From Antedon mediterranea (Eukaryota; Animalia; Echinodermata), in NCBI RefSeq assembly GCF_964355755.1, contig NC_092680.1:16873045-16937044 (forward strand): a stretch of DNA of 64,000 nt, in the 5' to 3' direction. Both the position numbers and the translations under genes were made by a program. Under the pieces are notes generated by a model. That model had not been told where the DNA came from. It searched no databases and was given only the letters and a program-made list of their open reading frames with translations. Each line of letters begins with the position of its first letter. Within the stretch, counting starts at the first letter, position 1. Shown one piece after another: positions 18,724 to 32,700 of this stretch.

Positions 18724-18958
18724 ACTATAAGACCCTCGGGAGAGGTGCGTTATTTGTCCGTCATACCTTATGAATACTTTGACGCAGCCATGCATAAAAT
18801 ATATGACTTACCTTTAGGTGACCATGACCATTTTGATACACTGTGATCATGTTTTTTATGATATTTTGAGAGGTAAAGTGACGGACATATTGACACACCA
18901 TCAATAATTATTTGTAAATGACGCACCCATGACGCACATCTTCCGGGGGTCGTATAGT
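18724..18958. mobile_element. MITE in the DDX59 5' UTR intron
   Basis: actataagaccctcgggagaggtgcgt / acgcacatcttccgggggtcgtatagt, imperfect 27-bp TIR. Confidence 0.65.
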
Positions 18959-20679
18959 AAGTGGGTCATACAATTGAAAACAAATTAATTAATCATTCAT
19001 TTTCTAAATTATTTATTATTAAAACATATTATAATATCATGATTCATATCATTTCAAACGTGATAATTTGTACGAATAATAACTTTTGAAAGAGGTTTAA
19101 CCAAAATTTTGCGGCCGAAATTACACTGGCGGCCGGCGATTATACGCCATGACCCTCTGCCCTGTTATATTATATCATAGGCCTAGCCTACCCGGGCCCT
19201 TTTTTAAGTGTAGGCCTAGGCCTAGCCGGATCCGGCCTAGAGCCTAGCCCTACCTAGCCTTGCCTTGTGTTTACTTAACTTAACGATTCACGCACTTTGC
19301 TAATTTTATTTTGTTTTTTTAAAAAGCTGTTACTTTATAATATCAATAACACTCACCTCACACCTTACCGGTAATCTTCCTCACATTTTACTTTTAAAAA
19401 GAAATTCTTTTAGGAGCAGATTTCCTTTTCCTCATGTTGTTTTGTCTTTTTTATTTTGCGAATGTTTGTTTTTATCACGTCGCCCTCTAGAGTCTTTGAT
19501 ACTACCGTACACCCCCGTCGTATCATCGTACCCGTATCATCTAAAAAAGTTGAATTAAAATCCAGGTAGAGTTTCAGAAAGTTTTAACAGATTCTATTTT
19601 ATATATAGGGCCTATTTTACTCGATGAATATTTCATATCAAGTAATATGCCTATTATTACAATCCAATACAAATATTAATATATTAACATAGCATATGTT
19701 AAAGCAAATCATTTATCATTATTAATACTAGGCCCAGTCTCTTTTATTCATAAAAAGTATGTGAGGGCAAATGCTTTATGCCTATAACTAACAAATCACT
19801 ACACTTTAAAAAAAAATGTTTATACACAAATCGTGCATATTTTTTTTCAAAATGGTAAATAATTCCGATGACCTATTAAAATACAGTACTTACTTTAGGA
19901 TAATTTTTTTAACCGCCCTCCTTCCCCTGAAACAAGGCAACAAGTGTATTTTTTATTATCTCATTTTGACTTCAAAAATTGTTCCAATGGATAGCTTCGA
20001 GAAATTCACTAATAATAGGCCGATACCCGCCAAGACTCTAATCATATGAAAAAACATAATCCTTCACACGTTTTGGGGTTCAATATTGGAATATCTGACC
20101 TCTCGTAAATTTTTCTTCGATAAAATTGAGATAAAAAAAGAGTAGGCCTAAGTTTAATTCGGAAACTATACTAATTACGTTTTACCTCTGAGTGTACCAA
20201 TAGGCCTAAACATGGAGAAAAATGTCTTCATGGTTGTACTTTCAACCTGAAATATTACTATATTACTGTACTAGAGTATCTGCCATGCGAATCTTTAAAT
20301 AGAGTTATTCTCTTTTATAGAAAAAAACTCAAATGATATTTATTCTTACATTAGAATTAAAAATAGCATTCATATTTATTCTAATGTAGGCCTAAGACGT
20401 TAATGCAATTTTTAATAGTTTTACATTTTTAACAGTATTTTTAACTTTTTATCTTGTATTTTTAATCTGTTATTGTTAAACTGTTAAATACTGCACGTTT
20501 TTAAATTGTTGCAATATTGTTGTTTTAATCTACCAAGCAAAGTGAACTTCCATTTTTATGGACAAATAAAATTTCTTGAATCTTGAATCTTGAATCTTGT
20601 AATACCATCTGACAATTATGAGAACATCTTTTTTCGATAGTGCGACCTCTGTAGTATTAGTTCTATTCTTTGGTTGTAC

Positions 20680-20700
20680 TATGCGCCGCGCCTGCGCCGT
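20680..20700 (+). promoter_or_regulatory. NRF1-like GC element upstream of the GOLM-like start codon
   Basis: cgcgcctgcgcc lies about 35 bp upstream of the ATG in otherwise AT-rich DNA. Confidence 0.35.
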
Positions 20701-20732
20701 TAACATTTGTCGTGTACACATCACCAACAAAC

Positions 20733-23700
20733 ATGGGTGGAAACGGAGGGCGAGGGCACATTAGGCCTGGAAAAACTCCACAATTTCTTACAATTGGTTT
20801 ATTGTTAGTAATATGTATACTTGCTTTCAATTACTGGAATGTCTCATCAAGAGGAAAAGCTCTACAAAAAGAAGTTAAAGAAATGACAGATACGCTAGAA
20901 GAGCTAGCCGTCAAGAAGGTCCACCTTGAAAAACGAAGTACGGCCCTCCAAAACCAAATCACCGAAGTGAACCACTTAAACGATGAGTTGCGTTCTTTAA
21001 AACTAAGCGCTGACGAGCAAAAAGATAAATTTGAAAGAGACTTAGAGACTATGAAAGAGGACTTAGATTACACTAGACAAGAAAGAGATACATTCCGAGC
21101 TGCAATTGTAAGTAATCCACTAGCCTAGGCCTAGTCTCTAGGCCCTAGCTAGTAATATAGGGCCTAGCTAGAGGCTAGCCTAATGGGTGCAGGTCAAGTC
21201 GGCCCTAAACCGTCTCGGCCAAAGTCAAGTCGGCCCCACGTCAAGTCGGCCCCAAGTCAAGTCGGCCCCAAGTCAACTCGGCCTCAAGTCAACTCGGCCT
21301 CAAGTCAACTCGGCCTCACGTCAACTCGGCCTCACGTCAACTCGGCCAAAAACTAATCGGTCAACTCGGCCACAATAAAGTATGGAATGCAAAAAGTGCT
21401 TAATATTATTATGATTCTTACTATCCACGCTTTAAAAAAAATGAATAAAAAAAAAATATAATTAAATAATATCATATAAAAAAATGAACTCATTGCCAAT
21501 ATGAATATAAGTACCCGCGTGTTACAAAAACATGTGCAGGTACCGCATTTTAGTAAATCGAAGACGGAGGCCTACGTTCCACCATTTGGCCATAGAAAAA
21601 ATGATTGTACATCGTTTTTGTCCATGATTTGCGTTTAAAAAAAGGGGAATCCCCCGGTCAGTGAAAACACGTAGCAGTTGTAGATATCGAAAAAGCTGCC
21701 AAAGGCGCAGGGAGGCGCAGCTACGAATTGTTTTCAATTGTGCAATTTGAAATTTTATTAAACGTATTAATAAAGGAAAGTTGGTGAAATCATTCCTATT
21801 TTTTTTGCTAAATATATTATTGTCTAAATATTAATATTCATTAAAAGTCTGAATTATTTATAGTTAAAAAATTGTGAAGAAATATTATTTTATCAATCCT
21901 CTTCATTTGCACTTTTTGCGTTCCATACTTTAACGGGGCCGAGTTTACCGATTATTTTTTGGCCGAGTTGACGTGAGGCCGAGTTGACTTGAGGCCGAGT
22001 TGACTTGAGGCCGAGTTGACTTGAGGCCGAGTTGACTTGAGGCCGACTTGACTTTGGCCGAGACGGTTTAGGGCCGACTTGGATCGAAACCAGCCTAATA
22101 ATAGGCGGATAGGCTAGGCCTAAATGGAAAAAGGTGCGGGAAGGCCGGGATCCAGTCAAGTCGCCCCATCGCAAAGTCGCCCTATACAAAGTCGCCCCAT
22201 CGCAAAGTCGCCCCATCACAAAGTTGCCCAACGCAAAGTTGCCCCATCGCAAAGTCGCCCACGGTTTTAGTTCGGTATAAAGCACCGCCGCTAGTAGTAC
22301 GCTGTTTTAATCATATTGGTTACGTTTGATATCGATCACGTTGTTACTTTGGTCGCGCTAAATGTCGTATACATTATAAATAATGTTTATCCTAGACCTA
22401 TTCATAATTTGTGTTTCAATTTTTAATTTTACAGGTTTTAATGGAGGGGCCGGGAAATGTGCGTTTTGAAAATCATTAAAAAATTATGTTGTTTGAAAGA
22501 TTATCCCTGATATATAGTTTCGAAAAAGTTAATTTAATATGATTTTAAAATTAGTTACCAGAGCCACAATTACGAATCTTTCTTCAACCTACAGTACAAT
22601 AAATGTGTAGTAGCCTTTGTATAGATTAGTTAAAACAATAACAGCGTTGTAAGACAATGAGTGCTTATAGGATACTTGATTATTTTGTATTTATAATTTA
22701 TATGTCTATATTGTATGTTATTTAATTTTATTATGACTTTTCAAAATGAAGAAATAAAAAATACTCCAAAAAAAAGGATTTCATCGCCGATATGATCGTT
22801 TTACATGCAGGTATTTTAGTAAAATTAAAACGCTACACTTTGACCATGGAAAAACCATCGTACAGTATCGTGTGCGTGTTTTTTTAAAAGGAGACGGTCA
22901 GCAACTGAGGAAACAGTCAGCTGTGAGGAAACAGCTGCCAGAAGGTCCAGCTCGATTGGTTTCAGACGTATGACAAATACACACAGGCATGTCATCATTT
23001 ACGACATATAGTGGTAATATGAAATTTGTAATGGATGATGATGGGATTGCCTCTCCAGGCTTATAATCAAATGTTCATTTTAATACTAATACAGTACAGT
23101 AGTAAACTGAATGTTTATAAATACATTTCTTTTACGTAATTTGTTGCATATAAAGACACAGATGTAGCCTACTACCTTTTCTATAAAACTATTTTTACAA
23201 ATTTTCAAAGCGTGAAATACGTCAATGTTTTGCGTAAATCATATTTTTCCAGCCTTTTATAGTAATTTTACCAAATATGGAACCATTTTGACTTAAAATT
23301 ACGTCATACGAGCACGTCGAATCGGACCATTTGCGCGTGTTTTTTATGAAAAGGTTAAAAAATTCGTCAAAATTAAGCCCTTTTTTAAACAGTCGTAGTT
23401 TCTAAACTAAACGGTGAAAGTTATTTTTATTACATATTCTGGAAGTTGATGAGTTGTAGATATCGGATCATGCTTTTATATGGCTAACTGGACATTGTGA
23501 CGTCATCGTATGGCCACACGAATATTAAATATAAGATTTTTGTATCTTTCGTCATAGCTCATCACATTTAATAAAGCGCATCTTCACTTATCCGTTTTCC
23601 ATTTTCACCCCGATTTTTATATGTTGTTGCTGAGATAATTTCCTTCCGAAATTGCTATCTTAGTGTTTCATTTTGATACCGTCGCCATTTTAAAAATTGG

Positions 23701-26700
23701 AATAAACGGGGGTCTCGTAATTTCACCTATTCTACACTGTATGACCCCATTTACACTTCATCGACGATTTCTTAGCCGGCCCGACGCCGGCTTTCTTTTT
23801 AGCCCTCAATGTGTTTACACTTACCCAAAAAGCCGGCCTCGGGCCCTTACTATTACGTTTACACTTGCTCTCGCGGAAGAGTGCTCGATGATACGATTTC
23901 GCTACATTCACGTCATATCTGCTCATGTGCGTCTTAAAAAGTTAATATTATAAGCGTTGTCGATCTACACTAGGCCTAGGCCTATCAACTTTATCAAAAA
24001 AGAATCAAATAACGGTATTTAATATGGATCAAAACAATTGTATTATTGCTTTACTACTAATGTTTGCGTCTCGTTTTCTGAAGAATAGTAGTAGATCATA
24101 CGCCTTTTTCACGAAACGGAAGACATCTTCGATCGATGACAACACAAACAATGCCGTTCAACGAAGCGTAACCAACAGAAATAACATAGCGTTTTCAGCC
24201 TATTTTCGGAGGACAGTCGTATGGACAAAATTTTTACTGTAAAATGTTCTTTAAAGATTAGCCTGTGTGATTAAAAAAAATTATAATTTTTTTTTTCACT
24301 TAAGTCCATTGAAAAAAACACCACAGTTTATAAGCATAGGCGCCGCATGGTGTCCTGAAATCCCCTGAAAACGCTATGTTATTTCTGTTGGTTACGCTTC
24401 GTTGCACGGCATTGTTTGTCATAGATCGTGAAAAAGGCGTATACATCTTCACCAATTTAATTTCAATGAAGAATTTCCGATTCATCAGCAATAAGTTTCG
24501 TAAACTTAAAGCTATAGTTGACCCAGAACGTTCATTTTATGACCGCGAGTGTTTACACTATACGAAGTGCCGGCCCGAAGCCCGCAATTGCCGGCCCGAA
24601 GCCTACTCTAGACTAGGCTCAAAATTGAGCCGGCTCGAGGCCGGCTCGGTTGTTCCCAGAGTGTTTACACTTGTGCACTTTTGGCTCGGAGCCGGCCTCG
24701 GGCTCGCTAAAAGCTGAAGTGTAAATGGGGTCTATGTAATAATGTATACAGATTATACCGTTTGCACTGTATATACTATATGACACAAAATTGACAGAAT
24801 TCAGCACTAAACAGCATATGATATTCTTCAGTTCAGGTCATAATCATGCCATAATCTTTTTCCGTGTGCAAAATTCCAACGTATGACGTGCGCGTGGCGT
24901 TTGTCGTGCGGATAAATAACTCGTCAAAGTGACGAGTTCAAATCTAGTTTATATTGGCAATGTTGATAAATAAATAAATTACAAAAAAAACGTAATTTTA
25001 TATTCAATTTTAAAAAACCCTGAAATATTAACAGTATTGACACTGTTTTTGTAACAATATTCATACTAACCTGTTGTACTGTTATATGATGATTTACTAT
25101 GTAAAAACAGTACATCACATTTCATGAAAATCAATCAACTTTCACATGATACTGTTAGGTCGTGTTTCAAATTATTTATTTAATGTCCTGTTTTTTTTTA
25201 TAATTTGGTTGGCCTAGAATTAAGTTTTAAAAATATGTACATTCAATTTTATCTGTTAAAACCATATAATGCCTAGAATATGTATCATTTTATTTTATTG
25301 ATGATCCTCTTTTATCTGCAAAAAAATTAATTAAAACATTATTACTTATGCTTGATTCCCTTTAGAACGCAACGCATGGACGTAGATGCAACGCAAGAGA
25401 GCTGACCAATTACAACCGATAGTTTGAATATTCCATCGATTGTGATTGGTCAACTTGCTTACGTTGCGTCCTTGCATTGCGTCCTAGTGGGAACCAAGCT
25501 TTAGATAGGCATATGTTATATGTATAATGTACGGTAGGTCCTTCTAAAACATTTGTATTGTTGGATCCAGTCCGGACAACTAAATACGCTAGGCCGGGAA
25601 CCAGTCAACTCAAAGCAGAGCGCCATCAATATCATACTTACTGATGTACCTGCACACAATAAACATAACCACACCCCTACTTTTATAATGGAATAACTGC
25701 CAAAACGGCAGTTGATCCCCCAGTTCCTTTTCTCACCTGTCTTTTATTTCAGAAAAAAAGACGGCTCTAGCTAGTTAGGCCTAGTGCTTAGCCTAGGCCT
25801 AGATTATAAATTCTTATTTAGGAACAAAATATTATCAGCGTGGCTAAAGATACGGTATCGTATCCTAACTTCCATTTGCTAAAGGTACGGTAAAATTTTA
25901 TTCCTAAATATAAAACTCAGAAACACAGCATTGGTCATAAAATTCAGTTCAAGTGAATTGGAATTGGAACCATTAAATAATATTTTTATACATAATCTTT
26001 ATTGGTCCAACAGGCAATTTATGTTTTAAATAAATATTCAATGGAGTAGGACGACAGTTTTCACAATGAAAATCCTTTTTTGAATGAAAAAATGTTGAGC
26101 AGAACACATGCTAATTTCAGTGTTCAAATATACTTTGTTTGTTTTGCCTTATGTATGTTTAGATACCATTGTACTTGTTTACATACTCAATTTGATATTG
26201 CATTTTCCTTGAATACTGTACATTAATTAATACCCATAAGCACTACAGTAGCCGCATGATAACAAAAAAATGTCAAAAGTGCCCTTTTTTCCTGTATTTA
26301 ATGTACAGTAAATTAAAGTGTTTACTTAACTTTAATATTATAGACAAATAAGAAGCCAAATTATGAATGATTTAAAATAATTAATTAAATTTGAATGAAA
26401 TGTGGTATGGCCTGTATGACAGTGGTACAGCCTGTACTGTAGACCACTTCATAGTAACAAATTCAAAATATTTTTGTTTTGAAATTTAAGATCATTGTCT
26501 GTCTGATTTAACACAATGTATTTTTTATAATATAATTTGTACTTTCTTTTTTTTTTATAGACCACATTACAAGGAAATTACTCAGAAAATATTAGGAAAT
26601 TTGAAGTTGTAAGAAGTAAGTTAATTAGCCTGCAGATTATACAGTGCAATGGGCCTAGAAAATCATGAGGATCACACACAAGAAAAATTTAATTATCTCT

Positions 26701-29700
26701 CAAACCAGATAATTATTGAATAAATATATATTTTTTATCCTTTGACCTGAAAGACAAATTGTTGCGATGTGATTGGGCATCTGGTGGTTTGTTAATGACT
26801 GATCATCGCACTTTAATGGTTAAAAAATTAACTGATAATTTTGTTTTGGCTGCGGAAATCGGCATGGTCATAATATCCAGTTCAAGGGAATTGGAACCAT
26901 TTAATATTATAATAGGAAATCCGTTCTAAAAACTCAAAATAAAAAATAATTACAGACAACAATTAATATTACTAATTTTATTTATTTTAAAGATGAGTTA
27001 GATGATATGCGTCAAGAATATGAAAAGTACCAGGAGATGCATGAGACTCATAAAAAGCAATATAATGAAAATGTTTTGAGAGTTCAAGACGAGCAGGAAT
27101 CATGTGAAATGCAACGAAAACAGGCCATGGCAGAGAATGGTAACTTACAAGCAGTTTTACAAAAGACCCAATTGGAACTACAACAAATACGAAGCCAAAT
27201 GGGAGTATCACAGCAGCAACAAGCTGCACAGCAGCAGCAAAAATACAACTATCTAGGCCATACACAGCAACTACCACCAGCACAACAACAGCAATATAAT
27301 CTTTTGAGGCAACAAACAGGTCTCCAAAATCAACAACAGCAGAACATGTATCCTCAACATAATAACAATCAGTATAACTTCCATCAAAATGGCATTGAGG
27401 GATTGAACCAAAACCCACCTGTTGAAAAGGCAAAGGAAGAACTTGCCAATCAAGAAGCACCAGAAACTCAAGGGTAATTATAGTCGGTTAACAAAACCAG
27501 ACAAACCAAACATTTCTCGCACCTGAGAACAATCAAAGCATATTGATAGAGATGTCAAGAAACTCAACAGTTCTTTTCAGAATTAATACATAAAAAAAAC
27601 AATAGGCAATTGGTCAGAATTTGTTTTACTTGTTACTGTAGGCTGCGATACACAGGCACTGTAGGCCAGTTGAGTATTGAATTCAGCTAATATGTTTTCT
27701 TTATTTTTTTAACAGTGAAGAAGGTGAAAAAAATGAGGTAGAGCAACAACAACAACAACAAGTAGTAGAGGGTGAGTACTTGATTTGTTGAATAATGTCC
27801 TTGTCCAACACACTGCGTCACACACCCTTAATGATAATTATTTGTAACTGTTTTACACTAGACAAGCAAGAAGATCAAAACCCTGGCCCACCAGAGATGG
27901 AAGTGAACGATCAGGTGAAAGTTCCCCATGGTGAAGAAAATGAAGCAGATAAGCAAGTAGATGAGATTAAACAAGAAGAAGATAAAAATCCAGATAAAAA
28001 GGAGGAGGAGATGGAGGAAAAAGAAGAGGAAAAACTGAAGGCCGAACAAGACGAAGTGCATGATTCAGACGGAGATAAGGATGATGGCGCCGTACCGAAT
28101 GAGGATTTAGCTTACCATGATGCTCAGTTGGCCGCTGAGAATGAAGATCAGAAAGACAGTGTCGAGGGTAATGATTGTTGCAAATTGTTACTTGCGTTTT
28201 ACCTGGTCATAACAAATTACAAAAAGTTACAAATCCACATACTGTAGATTCTCTGCAGAAATTGAAAAATGTGCAAAAAACATTTAAAATAGACATAACT
28301 GTGGTAAATTTTGTACGCTATTTGTGTGTAGCAGGGCGTCTAGCTGTATGAGTGTGTACCAAGACTATATAACTGGATGCTGAACTCTGTAGATCAATGG
28401 GTTTTCTGTGGCTGTGACATGATCAGTTCCACTCCCACTAAACTTTTAAATGTTTTGTTAACAGACACCGTGCTGTAGAGAATATGTAGTACAGTACTGT
28501 TGGTATTTGTCGCAGCCAGACATAGATCAAAGGACTGTTACGAGTTCCTATCTTGGCAAGATGAGCTCAACATCCTGTTGTTATATTTCCTTTTTTGTAC
28601 CAAAACCTCTAATCTGCCCAGCTTTAATGATGAAAGCATAAAGAGATAAGAAAAAAAATTCCCTTAACTGAATCTTTAACTTCTTCTGAATATTCCTGAC
28701 AATTACTAAATTAAATAATTAAATGCTATTTGCAACTCTTAAATTGTGAAATGGCACTAAGACAACAAATTTGATTTATTTGTTTCAGATGGTCAAAAGG
28801 AAGGTGGTGATAAGGAGGCAGAGGAGGACGAGGAGGTAGGTTGCATTAACATGCATGCGTTTCATTTCAACATTTATAGATTTTTTTTGTTTACTTTAAA
28901 TAGTTGCAAATATACATTTACTCATAAACGTTTGTTTGAGAGATCCTAAAGTAGTGAATTTTTAAGTAACTTTAGAGTAATTTTTGGTAACTATTAAAAA
29001 GGCAGAATATTAAAGTTCAGGTGTATTTACCCTTGTAAGTTGGTGTCTATCCACTTAACGATTATTGGTACATGAAAGTAAAAAACTAAGCCTTCCTCAT
29101 AAAATAATCCTTTTGAGAATCATAATATTATGAATGTCTCTATTTTGTTTTTTTCTTGTTCTCAATAGCTAACTGGGCTAGATAAAAATGTGGATTTTTT
29201 TCCTTACTAGTTTACACTAACATTTATAACTAATTACTGATATTCTTTAAATTACTATGAAAGAGCAGATCTTCTGTTGTGGAAACACTGTACTTTTTTT
29301 ACCGCCGACCTAAAAAAGGAAATTAGATTGGCTGGCTCAGATAGACTAAACTAAAGCAATTTTCAATTGCTAGACTTTTAATTGATTTTTCTTGTTTATT
29401 TTTGGTTTTTTTGTTTTTTTTTCACTAATTATATTTTGGGGTTTTGTTTTTATGCACTCAGAATTTAGATGTTAATCGGGTGCCTTTGTTGAATGAAGAT
29501 GGAAAAGGTGAGAATTGTTTTCCAATAAAGCACCTGTCCTGTTAGCTTACTATCCACCACATTCATTCCCATCCAAACATTCCCATCTGTTCAGATACCA
29601 TAAATATACAATCATATAAAATATGTACAATATAGAAACAATGATGTTATAAAATTCTTTCTTTTATTTTGGAATACCATACCATGATGACATAATATAT

Positions 29701-32700
29701 CCATAGCAAAAAAGAAGCTTAATCTAAGACAATAATAATGTAACAGTTGTTGCCTATGATCATTAAATCAAGCGTTAGCTTTATTAAAATTCAAGATATC
29801 CTATTTACTTACACTTACTCCTTACACTTTATACTGGTAGAGATTGATTATGCTTGGTGGGTGGGACTTAGTATTTAGGAGGACCCTCACTCTATATCGT
29901 CCTTTTATTTAGATCACTTGCTTTTTATACATCTCCACCGCTTTTTATACATCTCTATCCCTTCTTTATTATTATTATATCCAATTCTATCTTTATCAAC
30001 TAAACGATTAAGTTTCATTTTTCCATGTGTTTGAAACATGCTTTTTAATCTAAATTTAAAAAAAACTTTCATAGAGGAAACTTTATATAAATATTTCTCA
30101 ATTCAGATCAGTATTTTGATGATAGCGTAGATGGTGATGGTAATTTTTAGCTTTTTAGATTTACTAACTATTAACTTTATGATTTGCATCTGTAAACAAA
30201 TAACACTATCCTCGGAACAAACAGATATATTCAAACAGGGAGGGATTTGGAGCCTGTGTTCCAGGGGCCTGAGTTCCAGGGGCTTGGGTTCCAGGGGCTT
30301 GGGTTCCAGGGGCTTGATCAAAGGCCCTGATTAAGTCCAGTAATGAAGACCTATAAAGCCGATTTTCCACTAGGCGAATTTGTTCGCGCGAATCAAACGT
30401 TTCGAAGAGACAAAAATCGCCTACTCTCTTTCCACTACATGAGCGAATAGCTGCGACGTTCATGTTCCTCGCGTGGTTGCTGAGCATTTCGATTCGCATG
30501 ACTGCTCATGAAAGCGTCATAGCTCATTTCCTGAGCTCTGATTGGTTGCGCAATATTTCGCTTCGCAAAAAGTAGAAACAATTCGAACTAGTAAATTTCG
30601 CTACAGCGAAAATTCAAGGAACTAGAATTCGTCGCAGAAGGGAGTATGACAGACAGAAACTCGAATACGCATGCGCAGAGCATGACGCTTTCGATTCGCG
30701 CGAACAAATTCGCCTAGTGGAAAATCGGCTTTAGGGGCCAAAGACAAAGCTACAAAACTTTTAATGTGTGTCTGACATCAATCAGTATTAATACGAAAGA
30801 TTGTCAGAGGTGGGAGTTGGTAAGGCGGTTTCACTTTAAAATGGAGGTTTGCCCCAAACCTATTGGCTGCGCCTACCTGCATACATATGTATTTTTTCAT
30901 GCTTTTTTTTTTAATCTGAGAAATTTGGTTGTATCACTATTGTGCATCTTTACAAGTTTGTAATGTCACTCATCACTCGTAATGACATATTTTATGAGAG
31001 CAATTATTTGAAGTGCTGTACTGAGTAGCAATGTATGTTTAATCCATTTATCCATCTAACCGCACTTTTTTAAAGGAACGATTTTAAAGAAAAAACCTGT
31101 ATTACAGTGGTATGGAACTTAAATAGTGGGTTGGCCCCACAAAATGTGATAACTTGTGCCTGTTTCTACTAATTACTAAAATCCACAGTGATACTCATAA
31201 AATAATTATTTAATATGGATTAATTATGCACTTTAAATGTTATTAATAATACTGTATTCAGTTTGGAAAAATAAATCTAGTCAACTGGACTTACTTGTTT
31301 AACAGCGACGTTTAACGACCTATACAGGTTCAATCTTTCACGATTTACACAGGTCCAATCTTTCACGATCTAAACAGTTCCTATCTTTCACAATCTGTCC
31401 TGGTCCTATCTTGCACGATCTGTCCAGGTCCTATCTTTCACGATCTGTCCAGGTCCTATCTTTCACGATCTGTCCAGGTCCTATCTTTCACGATCTGTCC
31501 AGGTCCTATCTTTCACGATCTGTCGAGTTCCTATCTTTCAGAATCTGTTCAGGTCCTATCTTTCACGATCTATCCTGGTCCTATCTTTCACGATCTATCC
31601 AGGTACTATCTTTCACGATCTGTCCAGGTCCTATCTTTCACGATCTGTCCAGGTCCTATCTTTCACAATCTGTCCAGGTCCTATCTTTCACGATCTATCC
31701 AGGTCCTATCTTTCACGATCTGTTCAGGTCCTATCTTTCACGATCTGTCCAGGTCCTATCTTTCACGATCTGTCCAGGTCCTATCTTTCACGATATATCC
31801 AAGTCCTATCTTTCACGATCTGTCCAGGTCCTATCATTCACGATCTGTCCAGGTTCTATCTTTCACGATCTATCCAGGTCCTATCTTTCACGATCTGTCC
31901 AGGTCCTATCTTTCACGATCTAAACAGTTCCTATCTTTCACGATCTATCCAGGTCCTATCTTTCACTATCTATCCAGGTCCTATCTTTCACGATCTATCC
32001 AGGTCCTATCTTTCACGATCTATCCTGGTCCTATCTTTCACGATATATCCAAGTCCTATCTTTCACGATCTGTCCAGGTCCTATCTTTCACGATCTGTCC
32101 AGGTCCTATCTTTCACGATCTGTCCAGGTCCTATCTTTCACGATCTGTCCAGGTCCTATCTTTCACGATCTGTCCAGGTCCTATCTTTCACGATCTGTCC
32201 AGGTCCTATCTTTCACGATCTATCCAGGTCCTATCTTTCACGATCTATCCAGGTCGTGTTATCAGGCTGAATGATGAAATTGTGGCGATTGGTCTGTGAC
32301 CCATGATGAGGCCGAAGAGCTACAGTATTAACCTTCAATTAAGCAATCAAGAAAATCCCCAAACCATTTGTTAATAGCTCCTCGACCCAGTCACAGACCA
32401 ATCGCTGTAATTTCATCATTTCGCCTGATGATACGACCTGGATAGGCCATGAATGAAATGACCTGAATAGGTTGTGAAACGTCGCTTTTAAACCAGCAAT
32501 TCTAGATTTATTTTTCCACTTAATACTACCTGGACGAATGACAATATTCATACCTGTAATTTAACTGTATCAAATTATTACAGTCCATTTGTTAATTTTG
32601 CAGTTTATATTATTTACAGTATTACACTTGCATCTGTAAGTTTGATTTACATTTGTTTGTGATTTCAGAAAATGATGCAATAAATGAAGAGGATGATGAA

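Noticed and set aside
20670-20732. N-terminal extension of the GOLM-like ORF, and similar alternative-start ORF ends elsewhere
   Set aside because: The ORF track uses TTG/GTG starts and reads into introns. The real boundaries are the ATG at 20733 and the splice sites listed.
21187-22285. ORFs with STRPQ/VNSAS repeats on both strands
   Set aside because: These are translations of the 15- and 16-bp subterminal repeats of foldback elements.
26987-28061. Antisense ORFs (157, 66 and 67 aa), and likewise 32665-32862
   Set aside because: These are shadow frames of Q/E/D-rich GOLM-like exons.
31310-32255. CRISPR-like appearance of regular short repeats, and the 170-aa ORF 31411-31923
   Set aside because: The units are directly adjacent with no unique spacers, the context is a eukaryotic intron, and the ORF is a by-product of the 25-bp period.
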